From positions 1-58,278 of the IMG/VR virus record IMGVR_UViG_3300032069_000867: 58,278 bases of DNA; one strand, 5' to 3'. The notes under the pieces are model-generated. The model searched no databases, was not told the DNA's origin, and saw only the letters and a list, made by a program, of their open reading frames with translations. The DNA is from a virus. Lineage: Duplodnaviria; Caudoviricetes. The translations under genes and the position numbers were made by a program. This document shows, piece by piece, positions 1 through 8,330 of the stretch; the first letter of the stretch is position 1, and every line of letters begins with the position of its first letter.

Positions 1-192
1 GTGCGCAACCCGCTCGAACCTGAGTCAATGACCCCGGCCCAGCGCCTGGAGGAGGTGGCGGGCCTGCTCGCCACCGGCTTTCTGCGCCTCCGACTGCGGG
101 GCGCGGACGGGAGAAAGAAACCTCTTGATGTTCTTCGGGAACCGAGGGATGAATGTGTCGAACCCGAGTCGGAGGCAGAGACAGATGAGTGA
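1..192 (+). CDS. Small hypothetical protein preceding DUF2924
   Basis: GTG start; 'MTPAQRLEEVAGLLATGFLRL' resembles small ORFs found before DUF2924-recombinase modules; overlaps next start. Confidence 0.55.
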   Translation: MRNPLEPESMTPAQRLEEVAGLLATGFLRLRLRGADGRKKPLDVLREPRDECVEPESEAETDE

Positions 193-658
193 CAGCATCC
201 TGAAGCAGATCGCGGATCTGGGGCGGCTACCAGCCCGAGACCTGCAAGACCGTTGGCGAGAACTGCATGGCAGCGAGCCGCCGGGGTACAACCGCACCTT
301 CCTGACCAAGCGGCTCGCTTACCGCCTCCAGGAGCTCGCACACGGCGGTCTGTCCGACACTACCCGCAGCCAGATGGCCGACGTCCTGCGAGTGGCGAAG
401 CTGAACGAGGACGGTGCCATCGGCGGAAACGGGCGGCAGGGGAAGCGCGACCGCGACCTTCCGACAGCCGGCACGCGCCTGGTGCGAGAGTGGAACGGCA
501 GGCGCTATGAGGTGACGGTGCTCGTGAAGGGCTTTGAGTTCGAGGGGCGGCGCTACCGGTCGCTTACGGCAATCACCAAGGCTATCACGGGCACCCACTG
601 GAATGGCCGCGCCTTCTTTGGCCTGCGGCCACCTAACGGAGGTGAGAGAGCGCGATGA
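185..658 (+). CDS. DUF2924 domain protein (recombinase-associated)
   Basis: ATG 185 after GGAGG; motifs LAYRLQE...GG and GTRLVREWNG...YRSLTAITKAITGTHWNGRAFFGL. Confidence 0.9.
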   Translation: MSDSILKQIADLGRLPARDLQDRWRELHGSEPPGYNRTFLTKRLAYRLQELAHGGLSDTTRSQMADVLRVAKLNEDGAIGGNGRQGKRDRDLPTAGTRLVREWNGRRYEVTVLVKGFEFEGRRYRSLTAITKAITGTHWNGRAFFGLRPPNGGERAR

Positions 659-2244
659 GACGAGAAGAGCGAGCGCCCACCAACCCGCGGCCTGTCCGCT
701 GTGCAATCTACACGCGCAAGAGTACCGAGGAGAATCTGGACAACGAGTTCAACAGCCTGGATGCCCAACGTGAGGCGGGGGAGGCTTACATTGCGAGCCA
801 GCGCCACGAGGGGTGGGTAGCTCTGCCTGCCCGTTATGATGACGGCGGATTCTCCGGCGGCACCTTGGAGCGGCCCGCCTTGCAGCGCTTGCTGCAAGAC
901 GTGGAGGCGGGGCTTGTCGACTGCGTCATGGTCTACAAGGTGGACCGCCTCTCCCGGTCGCTGCTGGACTTCGCCAGAATCGTTGAGGCTTTCGACCGGC
1001 GGGAGGTCTCATTCGTCTCGGTCACCCAGCAGTTCAACACTACCACCTCGATGGGCCGACTCACCCTGAATATCTTGCTGTCTTTCGCCCAGTTCGAGCG
1101 CGAAATCATCGGCGAGCGCATTCGGGACAAGGTGGCGGCTACCAAGCGCAAGGGCAAGTACTGCGGTGGCATGCCGGTGCTCGGCTATGACGTGGACCGC
1201 GACCGAAAGCGCCTCGTCGTCAACGAAGAGGAGGCCAGGCTTGTCCGCCACGTCTTCGCTCGTTTCGTCCAGGCGGGCTCGACGACGCTGCTGGCGCAGG
1301 AGATGAATGCCCAGGGGCACACCACCAAGTCTTGGGTCACGAAGGCCGCAAGGCTTCACGCCGGCCGCCCCTGGAGCAAAGCGGACATCTACCGGGTGCT
1401 CAACAATCCCCTCTACATCGGCGAGGTTACCCACAAGGGAGAACGCTTTCCCGGCGAGCAGGACCCCATCGTGCCCCTCCACCTGTGGGAAGAGGCGCAT
1501 GCGATCCTGGCGCGCAACTACCGGGCGCGGGCGGCGCAGACGCGAGCCGAGACGCCTGCGCTGCTGCGGGGTATTCTCCACTGCGGCCACTGCCACTGCG
1601 CCATGGGGCCGACGTTCACGAAGCGCCGCGGCAAGCTCTACCGCTACTACCTCTGCGTCCACGCCTCGAAGAACGGCTATGGCTCCTGCCCCACGAAGAC
1701 GCTGGCCGCGGCTGAGGTCGAGCAGGCGGTAGTGGACCAGCTTCGCGGTATCTTCCGCTCGCCGGAGGTGGTCGCCAGGACCTTCCGCGCCGCTCGGCAG
1801 CAAATGACTGAACACCTCGACCATCTCTCCCGACGGCGCGCCGATGCAGAGCTGGCGCTCCACGCGGTGAAGGAAGAGGCCGCGCGCTTAGTCGCTGCCA
1901 AGGGCGACGAGGGAGCATCCTTGCCTATTGCCCGCCGCCTGGGTGAACTGCGCGGCCTCATCGAGGAACAGGAGCAGACCCTGGACAGAGTTGCCTCCCA
2001 GATGCACCAGGCCGAGCAGGCCGCCTTCAGCGAACAAGAGGTGGTCGAAGCGTTGTCCTCGCTTGACCCCGTCTGGGAGGAACTCTTCCCCGATGAACAG
2101 TCGCGCATTCTCCATCTCCTGGTAGAACGAGTGGACATCCAGCCCGACGGGGCCGAGGTGCGCATCCGGGCTGACGGGCTGCGCTGCCTGGTTGCGGAAC
2201 TGCGTGATGGCGCCCGAATCAGGTCACAGGCGGTGGCACGATGA
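655..2244 (+). CDS. Large serine recombinase (integrase)
   Basis: IYTRKST catalytic Ser, DGGFSGG..ERPAL, VDRLSRS, recombinase domain, Zn ribbon CGHC...YYLC...C, coiled coil. Confidence 0.96.
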   Translation: MRREERAPTNPRPVRCAIYTRKSTEENLDNEFNSLDAQREAGEAYIASQRHEGWVALPARYDDGGFSGGTLERPALQRLLQDVEAGLVDCVMVYKVDRLSRSLLDFARIVEAFDRREVSFVSVTQQFNTTTSMGRLTLNILLSFAQFEREIIGERIRDKVAATKRKGKYCGGMPVLGYDVDRDRKRLVVNEEEARLVRHVFARFVQAGSTTLLAQEMNAQGHTTKSWVTKAARLHAGRPWSKADIYRVLNNPLYIGEVTHKGERFPGEQDPIVPLHLWEEAHAILARNYRARAAQTRAETPALLRGILHCGHCHCAMGPTFTKRRGKLYRYYLCVHASKNGYGSCPTKTLAAAEVEQAVVDQLRGIFRSPEVVARTFRAARQQMTEHLDHLSRRRADAELALHAVKEEAARLVAAKGDEGASLPIARRLGELRGLIEEQEQTLDRVASQMHQAEQAAFSEQEVVEALSSLDPVWEELFPDEQSRILHLLVERVDIQPDGAEVRIRADGLRCLVAELRDGARIRSQAVAR

Positions 2245-2660
2245 CCGAAATCCAGAGTCCAGAGCTTGTCGAGGAGGGCGACCACCTGGTCGTTCGGATT
2301 CCCCTGACCTTCAAGCGCCGGGGCGGGCGCAAAGAGATCATCACAACCGGCTGCCAGACCTCAGAGCCGCCCCGACCCTGTCGAACCAACAAGCCCCTGG
2401 TGGTGGCCATCGCGCGAGCGCATCGGTGGAAGGAACTCGTTGAGAGCGGGCGTTACGCGACCGTCGCGGAGATGGCGGCCGCCATGGGCATGGATGTTTC
2501 CTACGTGGCGCGGATTCTTCGTCTGTCCCTGCTGGCCCCGGATATCGCCGAGTCGATCATGCGGGGCGATGAGCCGAGCGGACTCTCCCTGGCTCGTCTG
2601 CTCGACATTCCGCCCTACTGGCCCGAGCAGCGGACGAAATGGGGGTTCCGGTCCCGATAG
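2241..2660 (+). CDS. HTH-containing accessory protein of the recombinase module
   Basis: ATGA overlap with recombinase; LVVAIARAHRW...SYVARILRLSLLAPDI. Confidence 0.8.
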   Translation: MTEIQSPELVEEGDHLVVRIPLTFKRRGGRKEIITTGCQTSEPPRPCRTNKPLVVAIARAHRWKELVESGRYATVAEMAAAMGMDVSYVARILRLSLLAPDIAESIMRGDEPSGLSLARLLDIPPYWPEQRTKWGFRSR

Positions 2661-2818
2661 CGCCCGCAGCGCCTGTGCCCGACTGAGCGCCCACAAGTGG
2701 CCCCGTTGCGGGCGAATAGCCGGTCAGTGGGGCAAGGACGCCTACCTCTCCCTTCTTGCGGCACACAGGGGCTTCAGGGGCGGACAAAGGGGCAACCTGA
2801 GGCGGTCGCCGATGGGTC

Positions 2819-2847
2819 TTGACCCCTAACAAAGATTCGGTTATACT
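2819..2847 (+). promoter_or_regulatory. Sigma70 promoter of lexA operon
   Basis: TTGACC(2819-24)-17 nt-TATACT(2842-47); TAAC-N9-GTTA inverted repeat (2827-2843) lies in the spacer and touches the -10. Confidence 0.8.
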
Positions 2848-2852
2848 CTAGC

Positions 2853-2881
2853 CCTCTTCGCCTTCTCGGCGAGGAGGTTTT
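2853..2881 (+). terminator. Terminator-like hairpin in lexA 5' leader
   Basis: CCTCTTCGCC-ttctc-GGCGAGGAGG (10 bp, one G:U) followed by TTTT. Confidence 0.45.
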
Positions 2882-2901
2882 CTCTTCCTTGGAGACCTGC
2901 C

Positions 2902-3531
2902 ATGAGACTGCCACGGAGACAGCAGGAGACGCTGGAATGGATCAGGGCCTACATGAGGATGCATGGCAAGCCGCCCACCATGCGGGAGATAGGGGATCAC
3001 TTCGGAAGGGCGTCCTCATCGGTCTTCGAGGTGATCACGGCCCTTGAACACAAGGGCTTTCTCACCCGCGCCGACCGCCTCTCGCGTGGTATCACGCTGA
3101 CACCCAAGGCCGGTGGCGGAAGAAAGAATACTGTTCACGTCCCCATCGTCGGTCACATCGCAGCGGGGCAGCCGATTCTGGCTACTGAGAACCTGGAGGG
3201 CACGGTGCCAGTGGATCGCCGACTGGCGGCTGGGCGGCTGCTATTCGCTCTGCGGGTGCAGGGCGACAGCATGATCGAGGCGGGCATACTGGAAGGCGAC
3301 CTGGTGATCGCCGCACAGCAGGAAGATGCCCAGGAAGGCGACATCGTGGTGGCCCTGGTTGACGACGAGGCGACGGTCAAGCGGTTCCACCGCAGACCGG
3401 ACGGGGCCGTGGAACTGCGACCCGAAAACCCGGAACACAAGCCCATCGTCATCAAGGAACCGCCGTTCATGATTCAAGGTAAGGTCGTGGCAGTACACCG
3501 CGAGGTGGAAACACCCGCGGAGGAGACATAA
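2902..3531 (+). CDS. lexA: LexA-family repressor
   Basis: N-terminal wHTH (PPTMREIG), Ala-Gly cleavage site (IAAGQP), catalytic Ser (GDSM) and Lys (ATVKR). Confidence 0.93.
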   Translation: MRLPRRQQETLEWIRAYMRMHGKPPTMREIGDHFGRASSSVFEVITALEHKGFLTRADRLSRGITLTPKAGGGRKNTVHVPIVGHIAAGQPILATENLEGTVPVDRRLAAGRLLFALRVQGDSMIEAGILEGDLVIAAQQEDAQEGDIVVALVDDEATVKRFHRRPDGAVELRPENPEHKPIVIKEPPFMIQGKVVAVHREVETPAEET

Positions 3532-3547
3532 CAGGAAGGAGAGAGGG

Positions 3548-4747
3548 GTGGTCCGACACGTCAAGCGCTTCGCCAACAAGAAGTTCATCCACACGGTAGA
3601 CCTGACTCTGCTGAAGAGATTCCTGGAACGGTATCGTGAGGAGATCACTCTCGATCTGGATGCTTTGGGCGAGGACAACAAACAGACTCGCACTCGGCTG
3701 TACGAATACTTCCTGGCCGCCGACGAGAGCTACTCGCCCCAGATGCTCGACGACCTGCACCGCATCGCGGAGCTCAGCACCGAGGTGGGTGTTGCTCATC
3801 TGCGCCACCGTGCCGAAGTGGTGGGAGCGGAACTGATACCTGCCGCGGAGCTGGAGGAAAAGGACGGCCTGCGTTTCAACTGCCGCTATCTGGCAGTGCG
3901 CGCGTTCCTGGATCACCCCGATATCTTCGAGGCTGCGCTTGACTGGATGACGTTCGAGGATCACCAGAGTCCGGCCGAGTTCGTCGGGGTAGACGAGGAT
4001 GTCAAGCCCCACGTCGGAAAGCCGGCCCGCGATGCCTTCGAGCAGCAGGCGAGCGCGTTCTTCAACACCCGCTACCAGGGTCGTTACTGCAGGGCTCGCC
4101 TGTACCATGACGAGGACGGCGTCAACATCCTGGTCATCCACGGCAAGCAGCCGGTCAGCACCCTGGTGATCGTCGGAGATCAAGAGCGGCCCTTGACTTT
4201 CCGCGAGACCAAGCAGGACACCCTGACCTACGATCAGGCTACAGGTCGGCTGAAGGTTACGGCCAGGACTGAGGAGGAAAAGCAGCGGCTGTGCGCGATC
4301 TTTGCCACCACCATTCTCGGAAAGCCGAAGTTCTTCGACCACGGCGAGTGCCGGCGGCTCTACACGCTCGATCCCATCGCCAAGGCGGGCGCGGACTTCC
4401 GCCTCGACGGCGAATGGGACCCCGATCTTGTGGAAGCCGCGGTGGTCGAGATCCAGTTCTACAACCAGCCGCGCGGGGGCTGGGTAATGACTATCCGCGA
4501 TGCCAAGGATGCCATCGCCCGGCTGTACGAGAAATGCCCGGACACCGACCTGGCAGAAACGGAGATCAACTACGTGAGGCTGCGCTTCACCTTCCTGCTG
4601 AACGGCAAGAAGCGCAAGCGAACCGTGAAGATCAAGCCGCCCAGCCTGGCCAGTTTCGACCGGGCTTCCCTGGAAGACAAGGTGATGGAGCACCTGAAAC
4701 GCAATGGCTTCTGTCTCTCCCGACGCGCTGCTGCGGCTGCTGCTTGA
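3548..4747 (+). CDS. Hypothetical protein, 399 aa
   Basis: GTG start after AGGAG-rich RBS; long ORF with coding-like composition; no motif recognised. Confidence 0.8.
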   Translation: MVRHVKRFANKKFIHTVDLTLLKRFLERYREEITLDLDALGEDNKQTRTRLYEYFLAADESYSPQMLDDLHRIAELSTEVGVAHLRHRAEVVGAELIPAAELEEKDGLRFNCRYLAVRAFLDHPDIFEAALDWMTFEDHQSPAEFVGVDEDVKPHVGKPARDAFEQQASAFFNTRYQGRYCRARLYHDEDGVNILVIHGKQPVSTLVIVGDQERPLTFRETKQDTLTYDQATGRLKVTARTEEEKQRLCAIFATTILGKPKFFDHGECRRLYTLDPIAKAGADFRLDGEWDPDLVEAAVVEIQFYNQPRGGWVMTIRDAKDAIARLYEKCPDTDLAETEINYVRLRFTFLLNGKKRKRTVKIKPPSLASFDRASLEDKVMEHLKRNGFCLSRRAAAAAA

Positions 4748-5735
4748 CCGACTGGACGCGGAACAGGCCCCGGTTCTATCCGGGATAGAGGTGGCGCGCT
4801 ATCCCGCGGCAGAGCGGGACCACTTGGTCGAACTCCGCCTGGTGACCGAGACCGCGCAGCTTGATGAGCTCGGGCCCTGCGAGTGCGGCACCGATGGTTG
4901 CTACCAGACTGTCCATCGTGACACGGGTGGATTGTGGGCAGTCTGCCCGAGCGCCAGTCTCAAGCCGCGGGCAATAGCTGAGGACGAGATTCGCCAGTTC
5001 CGCATAGAGGTCGGGAACTTTCACGAACGCCTGCGAGAGGCCAACCGACTGGACGGCGATGCGATCACTGAGTTCACGCGCACGATCTGCTTCCTGGGGC
5101 GCGCCAGTGTCGCGGGGCGGAAAGTTCCGGTGGTGCTAGCCCGCTGCCTGAGCGCCCGTTCCGCCGAGAGCGCCCGCTTCGAGATCCGCGGCCGCTTGTC
5201 CGACAAGCCGTTGTTCATTCTCACCCCGACGCCGCGTGCCCTGGACCTGCATACCCAACACCACCTCAAGGCCGACGGCCTGGTGCTGGTGTCGCTTGCC
5301 GACTCCCTTCTTGAGGCAGATAGAATCGCGCTTGACCGGCAGGCGCTGGAATCGCTGCTTCGGCCTGAGGAGGCCACCGGGGTATCCACTGCTGCGCTGC
5401 GGATAGACATTGGGCGCAGCCTCTGCTGTTTTCGCAGTGCCAACGTGACTTTGGCGAAGAGACCGTTCGACGTGCTTGTGCTCCTGGCAAAGGAAGCCCA
5501 GTGCGGGCCGGGCTGGGCGTCGCGTGACCGAATCTTTGAGACATGCTGGCGCGAGGATTGGGAGAGAGGCGTGGCGCCAAATGAAGAGCAGATCACGAAA
5601 ATGGTCAGCGAGGTCCGCAAGGGTTTCCGGATCGCGACTCGCCTGTCCGACAGAGAGGCACGTTCATTAGTCGTGAGCAAGAGCAAGACTGGCTATCGGC
5701 TCAACCTTCGCCCGGATGAGATCGAAGTGATCTGA
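4704..5735 (+). CDS. Putative transcriptional regulator with C-terminal OmpR/PhoB-type winged helix
   Basis: C-terminus LAKRPFDVLVLLA...SRDRIFETCW...VSEVRK...KTGYRLN; N-terminal Cys cluster; overlaps upstream gene. Confidence 0.75.
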   Translation: MASVSPDALLRLLLDRLDAEQAPVLSGIEVARYPAAERDHLVELRLVTETAQLDELGPCECGTDGCYQTVHRDTGGLWAVCPSASLKPRAIAEDEIRQFRIEVGNFHERLREANRLDGDAITEFTRTICFLGRASVAGRKVPVVLARCLSARSAESARFEIRGRLSDKPLFILTPTPRALDLHTQHHLKADGLVLVSLADSLLEADRIALDRQALESLLRPEEATGVSTAALRIDIGRSLCCFRSANVTLAKRPFDVLVLLAKEAQCGPGWASRDRIFETCWREDWERGVAPNEEQITKMVSEVRKGFRIATRLSDREARSLVVSKSKTGYRLNLRPDEIEVI

Positions 5736-5764
5736 TTCCGCAACCCTGCTCAGACCATCTCCTC

Positions 5765-5792
5765 GGACCGCCTCCAGGCGGTTCTTTCGTTT
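5765..5792 (+). terminator. Intrinsic terminator of lexA operon
   Basis: GGACCGCC-tcca-GGCGGTTC then TTTCGTTT. Confidence 0.7.
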
Positions 5793-5814
5793 GGATCTGC
5801 CGCCTTTCCTTAGT

Positions 5815-5863
5815 CAGCTTTTCGCCGGAAACTTACCAGCTTTTCGCCAGGCTATTTCCCGCC
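5815..5863 (+). repeat. 11-bp phased direct repeats (candidate activator sites)
   Basis: CAGCTTTTCGCC at 5815 and 5837 (22 bp apart), with degenerate units between and after. Confidence 0.65.
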
Positions 5864-5927
5864 GCCTCTGCGACCATGAGAGCTGAGAGCCAAACGGCTC
5901 CACAACTCTCAGTCATGGAGGTGGCGT

Positions 5928-6242
5928 ATGCGAAAAAGCGATCTCTCCCCCGCCCGGCAGCGCCTGCTTGAGATCTGCCAGGAACTCGGCTTCGGCCGCA
6001 TCGAGAACCTGCGGATCGTCGGCGGCGAGCCGGCCCTCGACCCCCCGCCCCACGTCGTGCGTGATATCGCGTTCGGCAAGGAGAACGGCCCTCGCCCCGA
6101 GCGCGAGGCTGGGGACTTCATCCTCAAGATCCACGCCGTGGAGTTCTTCGCCTCCCTCGATGAGATAGGCGACGCCGTGATCGAAGTCCTGACTGTCAAG
6201 CACGGACTTCCGTTCCAGATGAGTGTTCCGGTTCCGGTCTGA
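5928..6242 (+). CDS. Small protein with two DUF2292/YezD-like repeats (candidate antiterminator)
   Basis: GGAGGT RBS; repeats 'LLEICQELGFGRIENLRIVGGEP' and 'FFASLDEIGDAVIEVLTVKHGLP'; directly precedes a structured leader. Confidence 0.7.
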   Translation: MRKSDLSPARQRLLEICQELGFGRIENLRIVGGEPALDPPPHVVRDIAFGKENGPRPEREAGDFILKIHAVEFFASLDEIGDAVIEVLTVKHGLPFQMSVPVPV

Positions 6243-6267
6243 GACCGGAGCCATATTCCGTCACCAG

Positions 6268-6347
6268 ACAACGTACTGGCCGCAGAGCGGAGGTCGTTGT
6301 GGGTGTCGCCTAAGCCGGCGAACTCGCAACGACCTCTGATCGTTTCT
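6268..6347 (+). ncRNA. Structured leader/attenuator RNA, copy 1 (before sigma gene)
   Basis: ACAACG(t)ACT-GG-CCGC-AGA-GCGG-A-GGTCGTTGT fold overlaps a ~22-bp hairpin at 6288-6338. Confidence 0.65.
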
Positions 6348-6411
6348 CGATGCTTCTCCGGAGCTGGGCGGCACCCGCCACGGGCTCCTCCTCGGCCGCG
6401 AGGAGGAAAGG

Positions 6412-7029
6412 ATGGGTTCCGATTCCAGCCGCAAGGAACTCGACGCGGAGGCATTTCAGATCATCCGGCGCAAGGCGCTGCAATTGATAGGCCGGGCCGG
6501 CGTCAGCACGGACGACAGGGAGGACATCGAAGGGGACCTGACCCTTCACGTCTTGGAGCAACTCGCCAAGTTCGACCCCACACGGGGGAGACTCGGAGCG
6601 TTCGTCACCCGCGTCGTCGAACACAAAGCCGAAGACATCCTCGATGCCCGCTGCACCGCTCGCCGCGACTACCGGCTCGACGTCTGCTCGCTCTCGGATA
6701 CCGTCCAGACCGCCAACGGCGAGGAGGTGTCCATCGAGGACATTGCCCATGAGGACGCCGTTCGCAGCCAACACAGCGTCGGCGAGTTGTCCCTCGAAGA
6801 GCAAGTCGCGCGCAAGGTTGACCTGGAGCGTCTCCTTGCCCACCTCCCCGCGGAGCAGCAAGACCTCTGCCGGCGGCTGATGAGCGCGACCGTCTCGGAA
6901 GTCGCGGCTGCCCTGGGGGTTCCGCGCACCACCCTCTATGGGCCGCTCGCCAGACTCCGGGCGATCTTCGAAGAGGCAGGTCTCCGGGAGTACCTCCAGC
7001 CGCCGTCACTTTCGCGCGAGTTCCCGTAG
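6412..7029 (+). CDS. Phage-encoded sigma70/ECF-like sigma factor
   Basis: Region 2-like 'DREDIEGDL...KFDPTRG...FVTRVV' and region 4 HTH 'LAHLP...TVSEVAAALGVPRTTLY'; strong RBS. Confidence 0.85.
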   Translation: MGSDSSRKELDAEAFQIIRRKALQLIGRAGVSTDDREDIEGDLTLHVLEQLAKFDPTRGRLGAFVTRVVEHKAEDILDARCTARRDYRLDVCSLSDTVQTANGEEVSIEDIAHEDAVRSQHSVGELSLEEQVARKVDLERLLAHLPAEQQDLCRRLMSATVSEVAAALGVPRTTLYGPLARLRAIFEEAGLREYLQPPSLSREFP

Positions 7030-7032
7030 GTA
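7003..7032 (+). promoter_or_regulatory. Candidate phage-sigma promoter A
   Basis: CCGTCACTTTCGCGCGAGTTCCCGTAGGTA; 26/30 identical to 16321-16350. Confidence 0.6.
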
Positions 7033-7073
7033 TGAAGTGGGCAAGGTTGAGCCACCCCAGGATGGAGAGACCG

Positions 7074-7382
7074 ATGACACCGGAGATCTACCGCTTTCGC
7101 TTCGAGCCCGGCGCGTGCATGAAGGAGGTGCACGAGTCGCTCTTGCTCTCCATCTTCGCGGCCGAGGGCCTTCACGGCCGCTCCTGTATCCGCCTGGATG
7201 TTTCCTTCTGCGCCGACGACGACAAGCGCGCCCTCGTGGTGGACGCCCGCACGGAAGCGGGTCACACGGTGGCCCGTATCTTCACCAACTTCCTCATCCG
7301 ACAGTTCGGCGAGGAAGCTTTCCGCATCGAGCGCGTCGGACGCCAGCGCGAGGACGCCCTGGTGGCGGAGGCTCGAAGATGA
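7074..7382 (+). CDS. Hypothetical protein
   Basis: ATG after GGAG; overlaps next gene (ATGA). Confidence 0.7.
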   Translation: MTPEIYRFRFEPGACMKEVHESLLLSIFAAEGLHGRSCIRLDVSFCADDDKRALVVDARTEAGHTVARIFTNFLIRQFGEEAFRIERVGRQREDALVAEARR

Positions 7383-8314
7383 CGCCTCGCATGACCACCA
7401 CCTATTCCATGTGGAGCCTGTTTCGGAACTGCCGGAAGGCCTGCTACTGGCGCTATATCCGGGAACTTGCCCCGATCAGGCGTGACCCGCGCCTGGGCTT
7501 CGGCACGCTGATCCACGAGTGCCTGGAGCTATGGCACCGCGACCGCGACCTCGCAGCGGTGCTGGAGCACGTCGCCCAGAGGCTGCCGGCCCGAGTCCAG
7601 GATGATGAGCGGCAACGAGACTGGCAACTGGCCAGGGCCATGATGGCCGGCTACGCGAATCGCTACCCGGCCGAGGAGTTCGAGGTTCTCGCCCTTGAGC
7701 ACACCTTCGAAGGCGAGATCATCAACCCGGCCACCAGGGCGCGCTCTCGCAGCTTCGTGCTGGCTGGCAAGGTGGATGGCCTGGTGCGCATCGGGGACGA
7801 GCACTACGTGCTGGAGCACAAGACCGCCTCCAGCCTCGACGCCGATTACCTTGAGCGCCTGTGGACTGACTTCCAGATCACCCTCTACGCCTATTACCTG
7901 GAGCAGGCGCTCAGTGTCCGCATCAACGGCGTGCTCTACAACGTGTTGGTGAAGGCGCGGCTGAAGCAGCGCCGCACGGAGAGCGAGGCCGAGTTCGCGG
8001 AGCGCCTGGCGGCCAAGTATGCTCAGCCGGCCATGTTTCACCGGGAGATGCTCTACCTCTCCCGAGACCAGTTCACCGTGCTGCGCGCCGAGTTGTGGGA
8101 GCTGACCCAGGCCTTCCTCGACGCCAGGCGACGCAACACCTGGTACCAGAACACCGCCTTCTGCTTTCACCACTACCGGCCGTGTGCCTACTTCGCGCTC
8201 TGCCGCTCCGGCGGCAGCCCCAACGTGATTGACAACTTCTACCAGCGCGTTCCCCCGCACGAAGAGCTGCGGGAACAGCAGGGGCCTTCCATGAGCGAGG
8301 CTCCTGCATTTTGA
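7379..8314 (+). CDS. PD-(D/E)XK RecB/Cas4-like exonuclease
   Basis: FGTLIHECLE, GKVDGL...LEHKT, Q...Y, one N-terminal and three C-terminal Cys (CFHHYRPCAYFALC). Confidence 0.9.
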   Translation: MTPRMTTTYSMWSLFRNCRKACYWRYIRELAPIRRDPRLGFGTLIHECLELWHRDRDLAAVLEHVAQRLPARVQDDERQRDWQLARAMMAGYANRYPAEEFEVLALEHTFEGEIINPATRARSRSFVLAGKVDGLVRIGDEHYVLEHKTASSLDADYLERLWTDFQITLYAYYLEQALSVRINGVLYNVLVKARLKQRRTESEAEFAERLAAKYAQPAMFHREMLYLSRDQFTVLRAELWELTQAFLDARRRNTWYQNTAFCFHHYRPCAYFALCRSGGSPNVIDNFYQRVPPHEELREQQGPSMSEAPAF

Positions 8315-8330
8315 CGAGAGGAGAACCGAC

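Noticed and set aside
2661-2818. att site in the gap after the recombinase module
   Set aside because: No matching core found elsewhere; serine-integrase sites cannot be called without flanking or empty-site sequence.
6938-7378. N-terminal extensions in the ORF track (also from 9885, 21285, 23991, 26083, 42976, 56306)
   Set aside because: They overlap real upstream genes or regulatory DNA; downstream starts have an RBS or stop/start coupling.
7379-8314. Cas4-like nuclease as evidence of CRISPR-Cas
   Set aside because: No cas1/cas2 and no repeat-spacer array; context is a phage recombination operon.
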